From assembly GCA_951406725.2 (NCBI GenBank), contig OX597835.1:20398001-20462000 (forward strand): a stretch of 64,000 nt of DNA, in the 5' to 3' direction. Positions within the stretch are counted from its first letter, which is position 1. Every line of letters starts with the position of its first letter. Of this stretch, positions 40,339 to 55,052 are shown piece after piece. Source of the stretch: Octopus vulgaris (lineage: Eukaryota). Made by a program: the position numbers and the translations under genes. The notes beneath the pieces were generated by a model that was not told the origin of the DNA, made no database searches, and saw nothing but the letters and a program-made list of their open reading frames with translations.

Positions 40339-41459
40339 TCTTGACTCTTCCGATGTTGTTTGATAAATATTACTTGAACCATTGAAAACATAACATGTTG
40401 CAAACACCGAAGTATTATGACCATAGAAAATGCATTGTTATTCTGAAATACGTGCAATTGCATTCATTATGGAAATGATATAAATATTAATCAACTCAGG
40501 ATATACAATTTAAGAAAAGGCTGAGAGACGCACATCTAATTGCTGTCAATTTTGCGAATTCCGTAAAATTGTGAGTGGCTATCTCTATTCTGTAGGCGCT
40601 CAGACTTCCGATGCGATTACTGTTTACGAAGACATGCTATAGAATTAATAAAAGAGAATTTTGCAGGTAGAGCATGTAGAAAGAATACGGCCATTTTTCA
40701 AATATAGAATATAACGTTAATGCAATCGAAAAGCGTCAGAGATCTCAACCAATCAACTGTGAATCAATAAATCACATGGGCATCCGACGTCCTGTCATAT
40801 TAAAACAAATATTAACACCTGATCAGGAACAATTTTGCTGTGATTTCATTTACACCAATTAAATGCGTAGCCATCATGTCATATCGTTAAGATTGCAGCA
40901 GATCAATGGATGAGACACGGAAGCAAATGTGTTTAACGCTGTTCGCAAAAACCAAAAGACGAAAGTAAAAGAAGGAAGTAAGAGAAAATGAAACGAGAGC
41001 AAAAGAGACAAAAAATATGGTGTATAAGATAACGTTAGGTATTATATGTAGACATATTTGGGAGATTGGGAATAAGAAAATGTATGCTTAGAGAGGATTA
41101 CTAAACAAATACATAATCAATATTCACCAGTGGCTATGTGAGAATGACGTATATAAATACACGTACACATAGAAAGGCAGAAACATGTATAGTATACACA
41201 CACACGCAGACACATATATCAACATACATACATATATGTATATATATACAATACACGCATACAATTGTACATATAGGTAAATATATAAACATATAGACGT
41301 TGAAATATACAAACAGATATATACTTATATAAACTCAGACATATATGTACATATATATCTATATAAACATTAACATGTAAGAATATATATGTGTATGTTC
41401 GTGATAGTGAGTGTGCGCGCGTGTGTTTGTCTGAGCGTGCGTGTGTCTATATACAGATG

Positions 41460-41490
<31 letters not shown>

Positions 41491-41577
41491 GTAAAAGTAT
41501 ATATGTATATATATATATATATACATACGTATCTATATATATGTATATTTATGTGCGCATTATATATATATGTATAT

Positions 41578-41615
<38 letters not shown>

Positions 41616-41756
41616 TACCTACATATATATGTATATATATTTATATATATATAAATATACATATATGATGAATATATATGCCTACATATATATATATTCA
41701 TATACATATATATTCATATATATATATTCCTGTATGCATATTTTCATATTTACATA

Positions 41757-41834
<78 letters not shown>

Positions 41835-42200
41835 TATTCATATCTACATATATTCATATGTGTGCATGTATCTATTAAATATACACAGATATCTACTTAC
41901 ATGACTTGTTTTCGAGACAAAATGGACACATTTCAAAAGAAATGGCAGATTATTTATATCTTTCATTAGCATAAGTGGTACGCTGACACAGGTGCCTAGA
42001 GTTCCGTGTCGTTTGCTTAGTGCTTTGGTAAGAAACATTAGACAGATGAGGTTCTCCGTAGCTTTCTGTTTAGTATACATATGCATTCCTGAATACATAC
42101 ACACACCGGCGCACAGCTATGTGTGTGGGTTTGCCTGCGCGTGCATATGCGTGTTTTTATACGAATGCAATATATGCGTATATATAACCATACACATATC

Positions 42201-42232
<32 letters not shown>

Positions 42233-42343
42233 TTCGTTACGTACATACACTCACACAATTATTTATACGCATGCATGCATATATATTTATATATATATGT
42301 ATGGATGTATGTACGTATATATATATATGGATGTGTGCATGTA

Positions 42344-42397
<54 letters not shown>

Positions 42398-42480
42398 ATG
42401 TATACATATATGTGTATGTATATATATGTATGTATATATATATGTGTGTGTATGTATATATATGTATATATATGTGTATG

Positions 42481-42515
<35 letters not shown>

Positions 42516-43787
42516 ATATATGTACTAGTATGTATTATGAATTTATATCTAGACATAAATATACATATATGTAGACATATATAAATATATGTATATTAAA
42601 TACCTAGATACATATACACATACGCACACATACACATGCATATATGCATACATACATACGTACGTACATATATGCAGATATTCGTTCGTTAAGTATCACT
42701 TGTGATGAAAACGAAATGAATGGTATTACAATAGACAGGCGTAAAATTCTTACCGGAAGAAGTTACTAACTTCCGCTTAACGAAGCAGAAACGCTTGATA
42801 AGAGACATTTCTGGGCAACATTCAGGTTCACCGGAACCAATACAGCCTACAAGTGCAAACACTCTGTTTATATACATATGCATTTATAGGTACACTCTCA
42901 CATAAACTCACATACTCACACGTTTGTATAAATGCAACTGTGTGTATTGGTTTTCTTCTGAGTACGTATGTATATCGATAAAAGTCAAGTCTTCCGTAGA
43001 ATATTTCCGTATGTCCTATGTCTCACCATCTCTGCTGTTTGCTTCGTTATGCGTATTAATATGTCTGTCATCAATAAACATAACATGCATCACACATTTC
43101 ATACGATTACTTCATTCTTTGAACAAGCAATCACGCTGCAAATATGTGTACAAAGGTAAATAAAAATACATACATACATAAGTACATAGATACATACATA
43201 CACACATATATTTGTACGTTTCTCTAGGCTTGTGGGTGCATGTGTGTAGGTATTAGTGTTTATATGCTTCTATGAGTTATTGACGGATGTAAGTAGATTG
43301 AAGTGAATTATGTATCTGTCTATTCTGTTATGTGTTTGTACATGAACATATGTTTTCATGCTTATGACAGCTTACATGATGCGGATATATATATATATAT
43401 TTATACAAACACACATATATGTATATGCACCGCCCCCCACACACACACACATACATATGCATAAGACACTTGCGGTGTTGTTGACAACTCTCAGAGAGTA
43501 ATATGTTTCCTTATCTGTTCCGTTTTTGCGACAGTGTCTTTCTTAATAGCATATCATTGACAGAAAATTATTGATTCTACAGATAATCTTCCCTTCTAAT
43601 ATGACATCGGTATTAAACGTCTACTGTCTAAACTTCTCAAAGTAGAGTTAAGTGAAATAAATCAAACCAAGAACATGTCTTGTATAATACTTAATATACA
43701 TTTATTAGCTTCCTTGTTACTATAGCCGCGGGCATGGCTGTGCAGTATGAAGCTAGCGTCCTAACCACGTGATTACGGTTTTAATCG

Positions 43788-43841
<54 letters not shown>

Positions 43842-45568
43842 GTGTTATATATGCATGTATGTATAACGCTTCAGATCCTATTTTCTCTACCTCTGTAAAT
43901 TGCAATTTCATTCAACAATTTTCGTTAGCATCCTGTTTTAATAACCTTTTTTGTATCCTTTTTACAACACTATCTCCCTTTTAACACTCTTCTTATTTCC
44001 TTTCACAACTACCCTGCCACAATTTCCGCGTGATGTAGATATGATTATTGTGTTCATGAACTCTCTGCCTTTCTACATACTCATCTCTATTCAGGCTTAT
44101 TGATTTAACAACATCTTTCTTCTATATTTCTACATGTTATTCAGTAAATAACTAATTTTTCTTTTAAATTATTTCTCCATCTCTCTTCTATAATCAACCT
44201 TCCCTGTTGCAATACTCACTGTTTCAATATTCATGTAAATTATAGAAGGATTGCCGAGAATTTAATTATGTTAACTATGATTCTATTCAACATATTATCC
44301 TCTCAGATTCACGCATTTATTGCAGACGTCTTTCAGTTTCTCTAAGCCATGTAAAACAACTTGGAAGGTTGGACCTCCAACCAGTCCTTTCACGAAACCT
44401 TTATAGCACCTCCTTCTTATATATATTTCTTAAACCATTATTCTCTCTCGTTTTTTTAACGGGTATTGATCTAGTTACTGCACTTATTTTCCACATTTAT
44501 CTCCCTTATCGTTTTCTTCTAAACTTGACCGTCCCTTAATATTTGGGTCTCAACAACTACACTGCTTTTTCTACTGTTGACTCTGTTTCCACAACTCTGC
44601 ATCGGCCCATTTCAACACCTCCCCTCACCTCCTGGAATTTATTAACTGCAGAGTAATTTCCGATCTCAGCGTACCAAAGTGAAAGCATTTGAAGGATACA
44701 CTTAAATATAATTTGTAGAGCTTTTTACATGCTGGATTTCGGTTCAGCGTTCTATATCTAGTTCAGGAGATTGTTTTGTAAACGACAGACTATGCTGATG
44801 ATCTTGCAGATGTTTGCGTGTCCATATACGTAAATATTAACAAGTGAAACTAATGGTACATAGGTAATGGTTTTTTTATTTCGTGTATTTTCATTTGTCT
44901 TGCTTATTTTTACCCTTTGGTTTTTTGGTGAGATTTTTCTTGAGAACACATTCTTCGTGGTAATGGTGATTTGACGTCTATGTTTAGCATATAGGTTGTC
45001 CACTTTAGTGGTCAGTCCTCTAAATTTTGTATGTAACACAATTTTTAATCTTCGGATTTTTTAAATATACTAAGCCACTGGTATTAATTGATTAATATCA
45101 ATTTCTACCCTAATTATTTAATCTATATGTATGTATATATATATATATATATATATATGGGTTTGTGTCTGTGGTTTTGTCCCACCACTATTGTTAGGAA
45201 ACAGATGTGTGTATACGTCCCCTTAAGTTAGCACTTCGGCATGAGAAACCAACAGAATGAATACTAGGCTTACAAAGAATATGTCCTGATTTAGATTTCT
45301 TCGACTAAAACCACTTTTTAAGGCTGCACTCCAGCATTGCCGCTGTCAAATGAGTGAAACAATTACAAGATTATATATTCACACACAGAAACTCACGCGT
45401 GCTTCTACTGGTTAAGAAGTGTTATGGCCACGCGTATAACCGAGAAGAATTTCAACACTGACGTATGTTTCTATGTCTCTATATACCCTGTTGATGTTGA
45501 AATTTCAATTAAGAAGCTTTGGATCGATATTAGAAACTGGCTCTTTATTGGCAACAAATCTTGAAATA

Positions 45569-45900
45569 TCTATTATATAAAATCCGTTCTGTCTCTGTGT
45601 GTGTCTCCTAGGATCTCGGGCATCATCCGTCCGATTGCGCTCGAATTTGATATGTAGATACCGACAGTATCAGGGCGTGTATAAGTCTTGAAAATATTAC
45701 AAAAATTGATTTCGGGTTAGAATGTGATCGATAAAGCCGTGAGAACGTGTATTTGTACGCGTAAGTACATCAGCTGTTGCGATCGATACTACGCTTACGC
45801 GAGAAAAATGAACGTGTAGTTTGCGCAAAAAAAGCCGGCTGGCTTCAAATAATGCAATAAAATGCAGTATATTTAAGAAACCAAAAACTTTGGTTTAAAT
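45569..45900 (+). mobile_element. Helitron-like 5' end of a second family
   Basis: A|TCtattatataaaa, then a ctgt/gtgt microsatellite and ccgatt...aattt; no 3' CTRR end identified. Confidence 0.45.
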
Positions 45901-46718
45901 GTTTGACAACTCAGCACGGTCCATTGGAGGGGCGACGTTTTGCTCGTAACTGAATAATGGCAATACATACATATAAAAAGCTATTTTCAGTTATCGTATA
46001 GCATGTTCACTCACAATTCTTGGTGTTTCCGGGACGACGAAGAATTATGAGTGGGCATGCTACACGGAAACATATGGTCGGGTAGCAAGCTTCTCACACA
46101 GACAACCAGGCTTCTCGAAGAAATAAGGTGCAATTTCAGGAAATAGATACTGAAATATAATATTTGCTTTACATATTTTAGTGAACGCGGGATTAGAATA
46201 TCAAGGAGCTTTATCTAATAGGTGCTTAGGAGAAACATATTATAGCTGGTTATAAGAATGAGAGCTGGAAAAGATTGAAGTAGTTTTCAGAGAGAAAAAC
46301 CAATATGGACTTTTTCGCAAACTGAAAATTACGTTCACCCTCAGGTTATGTTATTGTTAATCTTTAATAACAGTCGGAGATATTGCTATATTTTTATATC
46401 CAAAATATAACGTGCTTATAAAACGTCTGTTGCGTTATTTATAGTATGAAAATAAACGTCAGACGGATGTGGGAAGTGAAATTTGAATTATACGTTCAGA
46501 AATGTGAATACTAACACATTAGGGCAAAAAATAAATTTAGATTCTAGCCTAAAACATCAGAAATTTTGCTTCCAATTTCCTTGTTTTTATATTAAATTTT
46601 CTCTTATATATAACCTTTATCACGTTTGTCTGGCTTCATCTCTGCAAACAGCAGAATTGGCAAAAACATTCAAATATGCACGCGCTAACAGATATTTGCA
46701 TATTCATTTATATATAAT

Positions 46719-46772
<54 letters not shown>

Positions 46773-46809
46773 GTATAAATATATGTGGGTTTCTAAAATA
46801 TAGATATGC

Positions 46810-46872
<63 letters not shown>

Positions 46873-46929
46873 ATAAATATATATATGAATGAGAGAGAGA
46901 GGGAGAGAGGGAGAGAGAGGGAGAGAGAG

Positions 46930-47058
46930 TTAGTAGAAATTTATAGAAAAAGGAAAGGCTAAAACAGTTTAAGAAGAAGGAGAATTAGTTTGACGCTCGA
47001 GAAAAATGTCATTTACCTTTCGAGCACACGCTCTTCAACAGGAAGGAATAAGTGAAAT

Positions 47059-47065
<7 letters not shown>
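46930..47065 (-). mobile_element. Diverged family E module
   Basis: Minus strand CTGTTGA a gagc gtgt gctc GAA aggt a. Confidence 0.6.
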
Positions 47066-47096
<31 letters not shown>

Positions 47097-47564
47097 ATGT
47101 GTGTGTGTGTGTGTGTGTCTGGTGATAGATAGGTAGATAAATACATGGGAGAGAGACAAACAGACAGACAAACTTGTTGAAGGTGACTACGAACTTTCGT
47201 GCAGGTTGTCTTAACACGTACACAAGTGCACAATTTTGTTTCTTTGTATAGAGTTTGAATTCTATTCAACGTAGTAGACGCTGAAATATTGTAGCGGGAT
47301 CAGATGTGTGAGGTGAAGACTTGACACATTTGCTTCCGGTATATGGAACAGAGGTTAGAGTTGGCTGCGTTCGCTAAATTTTAACCTCTTTTTCATATCT
47401 TTCGTAGCATCCATTTCCTGGAGAATTGAAAACTTGCAGCTGCACCTGAGAACATTTACAATTTTAATGTACACGTATGCATGGATATATGTGTGTGTGT
47501 GTATGAGTGCGTCTGCGTGTGTGAGCGTGCGTGAGTGTGTGTGTGTGTACATATATGTACATAC

Positions 47565-47617
<53 letters not shown>

Positions 47618-47635
47618 AATGTTTGTGTGTATCTA

Positions 47636-47693
<58 letters not shown>

Positions 47694-48011
47694 AATATAT
47701 ATATATGAGAGAGGTTGATAGATAGGTTTACATGCCTGCATATTCTCATACATAAACACGCATATATATATATACACATATATACACACACAATTCTTAT
47801 ATGATTGCATTGTCTCTTAACAACAGCATTCATATATTACTCAACATGTACGAGTTAAATTCAGAATATTATTTTGATAAATGTTTATATCACTACAAAA
47901 ATGGAATTTATTAAGTCGCTTTTTATTTATGTTTTAAAATATGATACGTACATATGTATCCATATCGTATATCATATAATATAAATTATAAATACCCCTA
48001 CACGTATATAT

Positions 48012-48101
<90 letters not shown>

Positions 48102-48273
48102 GTAAACAAAGTCAAATGCGATACAATAAAATTAATTATAATCGCCGGTGTTCTAGCACACGCCATATATTATTCATATATAAGTACATTAAAAGGCGAA
48201 GTGTGTACTAGATACACAAAAGCTGGATAAATTTAATGAGATGAAAATTAAAAACTTTTACAAACTTAGTTCT

Positions 48274-48346
48274 TCTTATACTGCAGTTTCGCCTATTTCA
48301 GCAATAAAAATAATATTTATTTACTCAGGTAGGCTCTTCAGTAAGA
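48274..48346 (-). ncRNA. Type I hammerhead ribozyme, fully canonical
   Basis: tctta CTGAAGA gccta...taggc GAA actgcagt A taaga; 5-bp stems I and II, 8-nt palindromic stem III, GUA triplet; module ~48101-48390 lies between (TA)n tracts. Confidence 0.85.
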
Positions 48347-48402
48347 TTCCTGTTATTATGGGAAGCGCACATCAATAGAGGCACATCAATATATATATAT
48401 AT

Positions 48403-48587
48403 TCTTTTACTCTTTTACTTGTTTCAGTCATTTGACAGCGGCCATGCTGGAGCACCGCCTTTAGTCGGGCAACTCGACCCTGGGACTTATTCTATCGGTC
48501 TCTTTTGCCGAACCGCTAAGTTACGGGGACATAAACATACCAGCATCGGTTGTCAAGCAATGCTAGGGGGACAAACACAGACACACA

Positions 48588-48668
<81 letters not shown>

Positions 48669-48972
48669 GTATGTACATATATGTACACACACACACACTC
48701 ACGCACGCTCACACACGCTTTTGTTGTAAACTGATGAATACATCCGACAAGTTACATGAATTTTGCAGAAATTTTGACACAACACAATATATGACAAATT
48801 ATGGCTGTGTGGTAAGTAGCTTGCTAACCAACCACATGGTTCTGGGTTCAGTCCCACTGCGTGGCACCTTGGGCAAGTGTCTTCTACTATAGCCTCGGGC
48901 CGACCAAAGCCTTGTGAGTGGATTTGGTAGACGGAAACTGAAAGAAGCCCGTCGTATATATGTATATATGTA

Positions 48973-49040
<68 letters not shown>

Positions 49041-49240
49041 TACGACGGGCTTCTTTCAGATATATATATATATATACATATATACGACGGGCTTCTTTCA
49101 GTTTCCGTCTACCAAATCCACTCACAAGGCTTTGGGTCGGCCCGAGGCTATAGTAGAAGACACTTGCCCAAGGTGCCACGCAGTGGGACTGAACCAGGAA
49201 CCATGTGGTTGGTAAGCGAGCAACTTACCACACAGCCATA
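48403..49240 (-). mobile_element. SINE family B split by an inverted duplication
   Basis: 3' half at 48403-48590 and 5' half at 49080-49240; inverted copy of the 5' half plus flank at 48717-48968. Confidence 0.85.
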
Positions 49241-49789
49241 ATTTGTCATATATTGTGTTGTGTCAAAATTTCTGCAAAATTCATTTAACTTGTCGGATGT
49301 ATTCATCAGTTTACAACAAAAGCAGTCTAGCATTAAAATAGAAGAAATTGTGTTGTACAATCTGAAGCCATCTTTCTGACTGCTCTTTCAGTCTACACTG
49401 ATAGCATTGGATTTGAAATACAGAAACGGAAAGCTGTCCTTAATACGTGTGTGTGCGTGTGTTTGCCTGTGTGTGTGTGTGCGGCGGTGGTTTATATACA
49501 TGTGTGTGTGTTTCTCGTCCGTGTTAGCCCACCACCACCACCGATTGACGACCGTAATTGGTTTGTTTACGTCCTCATAATATAGCGGTTCGTCAAAGAT
49601 CGATAGAAGATGTACATGGCTTAAAAATCAAATATGAATATCGGGATCGATTCGCTAGACGAAATATTTTTTGTAGTCGGTGCTGCAGCATAGCCGCAAT
49701 CAAATGACCGAAACAAGTAGATGATAAAAGTTTGCAAAAGATAAATGTTTGGTTGTAGAGACCAGATATTAAACTTAACAGGGGCTCCT

Positions 49790-50392
49790 TTTAAGGTTTT
49801 TGTTCAGAAAGTCATCGCATTTTTTCCTTTGATAGCAATGCCTCCTACTCCAGCTTGATTTAAAATGCAGATTTCTTGATCACGTCAGGCGATGACCATA
49901 AACAACGACCAGCAGAAATTCCGTGAAAAACGATATATCTTTGATTGTAGTGAATAGGCCTTATATATAACAACAGCTCTTTTCAAGGTATTCGTCCAGA
50001 AATTCATCGCATTTTATCCTTTAGAAATCCAATCCCATTCGAGCAAGGGGAACGTTACCATTAATGATTGATGCCTAACATGACTGAATATTTGAGGTAT
50101 TCCCCTTGAAAGACGTATCCAACTTGACTCAGAACGCACCAATTGTGTTCGCATCTGGCGATGACAAGGGATAAGTACCTGCAGATCTTAAGGGTAAAAC
50201 GAAAGTTTGACGTGCACATATATGAGGCTTCTCGATGAAAACCTGAACGACTTCATTGACGAAGAGTTTAGTGGTAATAAGGTAGGGGTGTTGTCAATGG
50301 ATTTCTGTGAGGGAAATCCTACGAAGCCGGGAGACGGAATTATCAACACGCTACGTGTTAAACTAATTATCACAGACATTACTAGTCCATGA
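49790..50392 (+). pseudogene. Decayed, internally duplicated coding-like segment of unknown identity
   Basis: KVFVQKVIAFFPL vs KVFVQKFIAFYPL and TSGDD vs ASGDD, with mainly third-position changes; stops and frameshifts present. Confidence 0.35.
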
Positions 50393-50399
50393 AATACTG

Positions 50400-50800
50400 A
50401 TGAAGACGGCATTAATGACGGTGATGATGACGACGGCGATGATGGTGATGATGATGTTGATGTCGTTGGTGATGATGGGGAAGATGATGTTGATGTCGTT
50501 GGTGATGATGTTGATGTCGTTGGTGATGATGTTGATGTCCATGGTGATGATGTTGGTGATGATGTTGATGTCGTTGGTGATGATGTTGATGTCGTTGGTG
50601 ATGATGTTGATGTCCATGGTGATGATGTTGGTGATGATGTTGATGTCGTTGGTGATGATGTTGATGTCCATGGTGATGATGGTGAAGATGATGTTGATGT
50701 CGATGGTGATGATGTCGATGGTGATGTTGGTGGCGATGATGTTTATGTCAATGGTGATGATGTTTATGTCGATGGTGATGATGTTGATGGTGATGGTTAT
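50400..50800. repeat. GAT-derived minisatellite (ttgatgtcgttggtgatgatg-like units)
   Basis: Directly visible. Confidence 0.9.
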
Positions 50801-51088
50801 GGTGGCTGTCTTGACGGGGATGATATCGATGACGTTTATGAAAATGATGATGGGACGTGACGATGACGTGGTAGTGTTAGTGTTGGTGGTGGCCGAGGTA
50901 GTGGTGGTCAAGTTAGTGAACGCCGTCGTTGTGGGTTGGTGATGGTAGTCGTGATTTTAGTATCAGTTATGATGGCAGCGAAAGCGACGATGATGATGAT
51001 GATGATAATTAAGATGATTATGACCAACATCGCATCATTATTCTTTTTAATATTCATCGTCAAAATCATTAACACTAAAGCTGTTGGG

Positions 51089-51140
<52 letters not shown>

Positions 51141-51564
51141 GCATCGATCTTTGATTGGCATCATCGAAATATCTCTAGATGTCCTTCATTTCATTTAAAT
51201 ATCCACAATCGAAGCAGGAAGTGTAAAAGGAAATATTTATTTAGTTCTGTTAATGAAGGTAGCATTTCTGGAAGAAGGTGTCAACAGAATTATCCAACCA
51301 TCACGGAATAACTGACAGTTATATTTATCTAGGGCTAAAACAGATGACCAATAGTATCAGATTGAGAAGCTTTTCGATGCGCAAACTCAGTCGTTATCTG
51401 CAGTTTGAACAGATTTCTGTGAAACATGTAATATATATATAATCAATGTTCTGTGTCACTGACGATATGATAGACACCAATCTATATTGTTACTATAATC
51501 ATCTGTAGTAGCAGTAGTAGCAACCGCAGTAGTAGTAGTTATTGTTCTATCGTTATTATTACAC

Positions 51565-51790
51565 AAGGCGACGAACCGGCAGAATCGTTCCCACGCCGGT
51601 CAGAATGCTTATCGGCATTTTATCCGCCTTTACGTTCTGAGTTCAAATTCCATCGTGCTCTACTTTTCCTTTCATTGTGTCTGGGTCGGTAAAAATAAGT
51701 ACCAGTTAAACACTGCGGTCGATGTAATCAACCCATCTTCCCCCCCCATCCCGAAATTGTTGGCCTTGTGCGGAAATTTGAAACCATTAT
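51565..51790 (+). mobile_element. Older SINE family C variant
   Basis: Similar to 3128-3358 with a different tail, which is also seen at ~5260-5425. Confidence 0.7.
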
Positions 51791-51799
51791 ATTGGTATG

Positions 51800-53190
51800 G
51801 CTGAGGTTTGGTTTTATTTCTGGTAGGACGTCTGTGGGTAGCGGGTTACTATTTGTAATCTTAGACATCCACAAATTTACTGCAATCTTTCAAGTGCTTA
51901 GAACCCTCCTGATAAACCTTGATGTCTGCCCAAGTCAAACTTTCTGTAGTGGCTCTACCGGGCATTCTATTCCAATATATTTCAGCCATTTGTCTATATC
52001 TTTGCATACTAAATAATTAAAATATACGGCAAAATATTTTTATTTTCATTATTGTTGTTGTAGTAGCTGTTATACACTTAACTTCCGATCTATGTCTATA
52101 TCAAGTCTCAGCTCCATACCGCAGCTTAGAGAAGCAACACATTCTTCAACATAATTTGTTCCAAGTAATGCTGCCACCTGAATACTTCTCAAAACTTGGC
52201 ATTTAGGGCATTATACATTGTTCTTAAGATGATTCTGAATGGAGGAATTGCGACGTTTATACAGGCTCACTCTTTGGACTCTTTCAGTAGGAGTGTAATG
52301 TATATATTTGAATATCACCTGTGAGTTTTACCTGATCATTCTGTGCTATTGGTAAAGGTTGGTGTTCGGACTACTTGTTGGAATATTGCAGCTCACACTT
52401 CTTACATAACTCCAAGTGCATTCGCGCAGTTACTTTGTCATAGTGTTTTGTGTATTACTTTTGGGCTATTTTCAGTACCCACTAATTATATGTATAACTG
52501 TCGCAGATTATTTTACTCATACTCTTCACAAAGATGGTGCTGCATTCTTATCAACGCTACACGTGACTGAGTGAATTCGTAAAGCTTGTACTTGCGCGGT
52601 AAGAATCATCTTCAAGTTTTACTCCCCTGCTGTCTAGCTTTCGCCGTCTTTTTGGTTCATTAACTGCATATTTCTCTATTTCAAATGCCATGCGGATGTC
52701 TTGAAAGAAACTTCCTACAGACTGAATAAGGGAATACAATTGAGCACTGGTAGCTGCGTAAAGTTTCAAAATCTTCCATAAACGTCAGATCTTTGATTGG
52801 TCTCACCTTTTTTTATACTGTTTGTAACTAGAAATATGGTGAATGATAGCATACAATGTAAGGGTGGCACCGAGTCTCCTGAGATTCCACTCTTAATGCC
52901 TGTTTGTCCATCCTCCACCAGCCATAAAGACTGTCTTCCAATTTCTTAAATATTTTTGAACAATTAAATCAAATATATAACGGGGCCTTTGGATATATCC
53001 TTTTGCATCAACTCGGTTCTTCCTTTGACCCTCCAGTCTGGTATAATTCCTTGGTGAACACAGCCCTGCAGTTTTGAATTAGATTCAGAACTTCCTTTTG
53101 CCTTCCCGTTTTTCATCGTATCAACTACATTTTGATATTATCTTCCAACGTGATAACAATTACCTATTGTATCACCATGTCTTCGAATTG
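51800..53190 (-). mobile_element. R4/Dong-clade LINE fossil (RT, zinc knuckle, C-terminus) with internal deletions
   Basis: FMED..KLYA..LYSLIQSV..F..DIRMAFEIEKYA; ILTAQVQALR..TVIHIISG; KWLKYIGI..LQK..TSRFIRRVL. Confidence 0.8.
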
Positions 53191-54330
53191 TTCCTCCACT
53201 TCATGTGTGTATATATATATATATGTGTGTGAGTGTGACCCCCCTTCGGTCAGACACTGACCATGGGCTTACACCTAGAGAATTACCCTCTGAGGCACAA
53301 GTCTGGGCAAGGTTGTTTTATGGAAGACCAGCAGTCGCACGCGCATACCGGCCTCCCCTCCCCACGCCACCAATGTTATCCAAGGGAAAGGCACCGCTAA
53401 GCATTTCGCCCGGCGTGCTAACGTTTCTGCCAGCTCACCGCCTTAAACGCAACTTCTTGCTGACAACGCATGCTCTCACTCTACACCTTGAACATGGCCA
53501 GCTGAATGCACTGTACTGGTTGTCAGGAAGTGCCTTGTCCAAGAAATTGCCACGCCTCTCGAACATGAAATCGAAACTACGAACGGAAGAGTGAGAGTTT
53601 AGTTGCTTAACAACTAGGACAGCCGCATGCATATGCAAATATACGCACTTATATTGGGTGTGCTTGTCTAACAATCTGTCTCCCACCATGTTTTTCTTTC
53701 ATATGTTTATAAATATGGGTGAGTGTGTGTCTGTGTATGCCTCTCTCTCTCTCTCTCTCTCCTGTGTCTGTGTATGTTTGTGTGTGTGTTTATGTATGTG
53801 TGTTTGATTGTGTATGTGTGTCTGTTTCTGTGTGTGTTTATGTATGTGTGTTTGATTGTGTGTGTGTGTTTGTTTGTGTGACAATGTATAAAGCTGTTTG
53901 TATGAGATTCGGTGATGTGTGTGTGTGTGTCACTCGGCGCGGTAGAACACTAAAATTGTTCACACCTAAATATCTTCAATTATGTAGCCGACCAAAATCA
54001 TTAATTACTCTTCAAAGCAAACTTTAAAATCTATATATTGATCACAGTGAAATATTTAATACCGTTACGTGAACTGGAATAGCCAACTTAAGTCATATGA
54101 TACACATGTATGTGTGTGTGCGTGGAAGTGATTGTCGCTATTTCTGTCCTATGTTCATTAATGCCTTTGAATACGTAGACGCAGGCGCACAAATATGTAG
54201 TGACAAGAGGAGAGAGACAGGCCAAAAGACAGGTAGACAGAGACAAAGAGAGTGATTGATGTGTCGAGATGTGGTGCGCTTCTGTTCGCGCCTGACAGTA
54301 TGAACGCATCACATGCTTTGATCTTACACA

Positions 54331-54373
<43 letters not shown>

Positions 54374-54430
54374 GTGTGTGCATGAATTCACATGTAAGTA
54401 ATGCTTATGTATATATATACGTATATATTG

Positions 54431-54526
<96 letters not shown>

Positions 54527-54572
54527 GGTAATGCTTATGTATATATATAGTATATATATATATATATACATA

Positions 54573-54645
<73 letters not shown>

Positions 54646-54661
54646 CTGTATAATGATTTAT

Positions 54662-54880
54662 AGCTGGCAGAAACGTTAGCACGCCGGGCGAAATGCTTAC
54701 CGGTATTTCGTCTGTCGTTACGTTCTGAGTTCAAATTCCCCCGAGGTCGACTTTGCCTTGCATCCTTTCGGGGTCGATAAATAAAGTACCAGTTACGCGC
54801 TGGGGTCGATGTAATCGAGTTAATCCCTTTGTCCTTGTTTGTCCCCTCTATGTTTAGCCCCTTGTGGGCAGTAAAGAAAC
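54662..54880 (+). mobile_element. SINE family C
   Basis: Close match to 3128-3358. Confidence 0.9.
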
Positions 54881-54894
54881 ATATATATACCTAT

Positions 54895-55052
54895 ATACGT
54901 CAGGCTTCTTTCAGTTTCTGTCTACCAAATCCCCTCACAAGGCTCTGGTCAGGACGAGGCCATAGTAGAAGACACTTGCCCAAGACACCACGCAGTGGGA
55001 CTGAGCCTGGAACCATGTGGTTCGTAGACAAACAACTTACCACACAGCCACT
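54895..55052 (-). mobile_element. SINE family B 5' half
   Basis: Reverse complement of 16915-17070. Confidence 0.8.

Noticed and set aside
43860-44640. Possible retroelement RT remnant (LNRDEYVER)
   Set aside because: Too decayed to assign by eye.
49885-50170. SGDD as a viral RdRp motif C
   Set aside because: No accompanying motifs A or B, and stop codons lie nearby.
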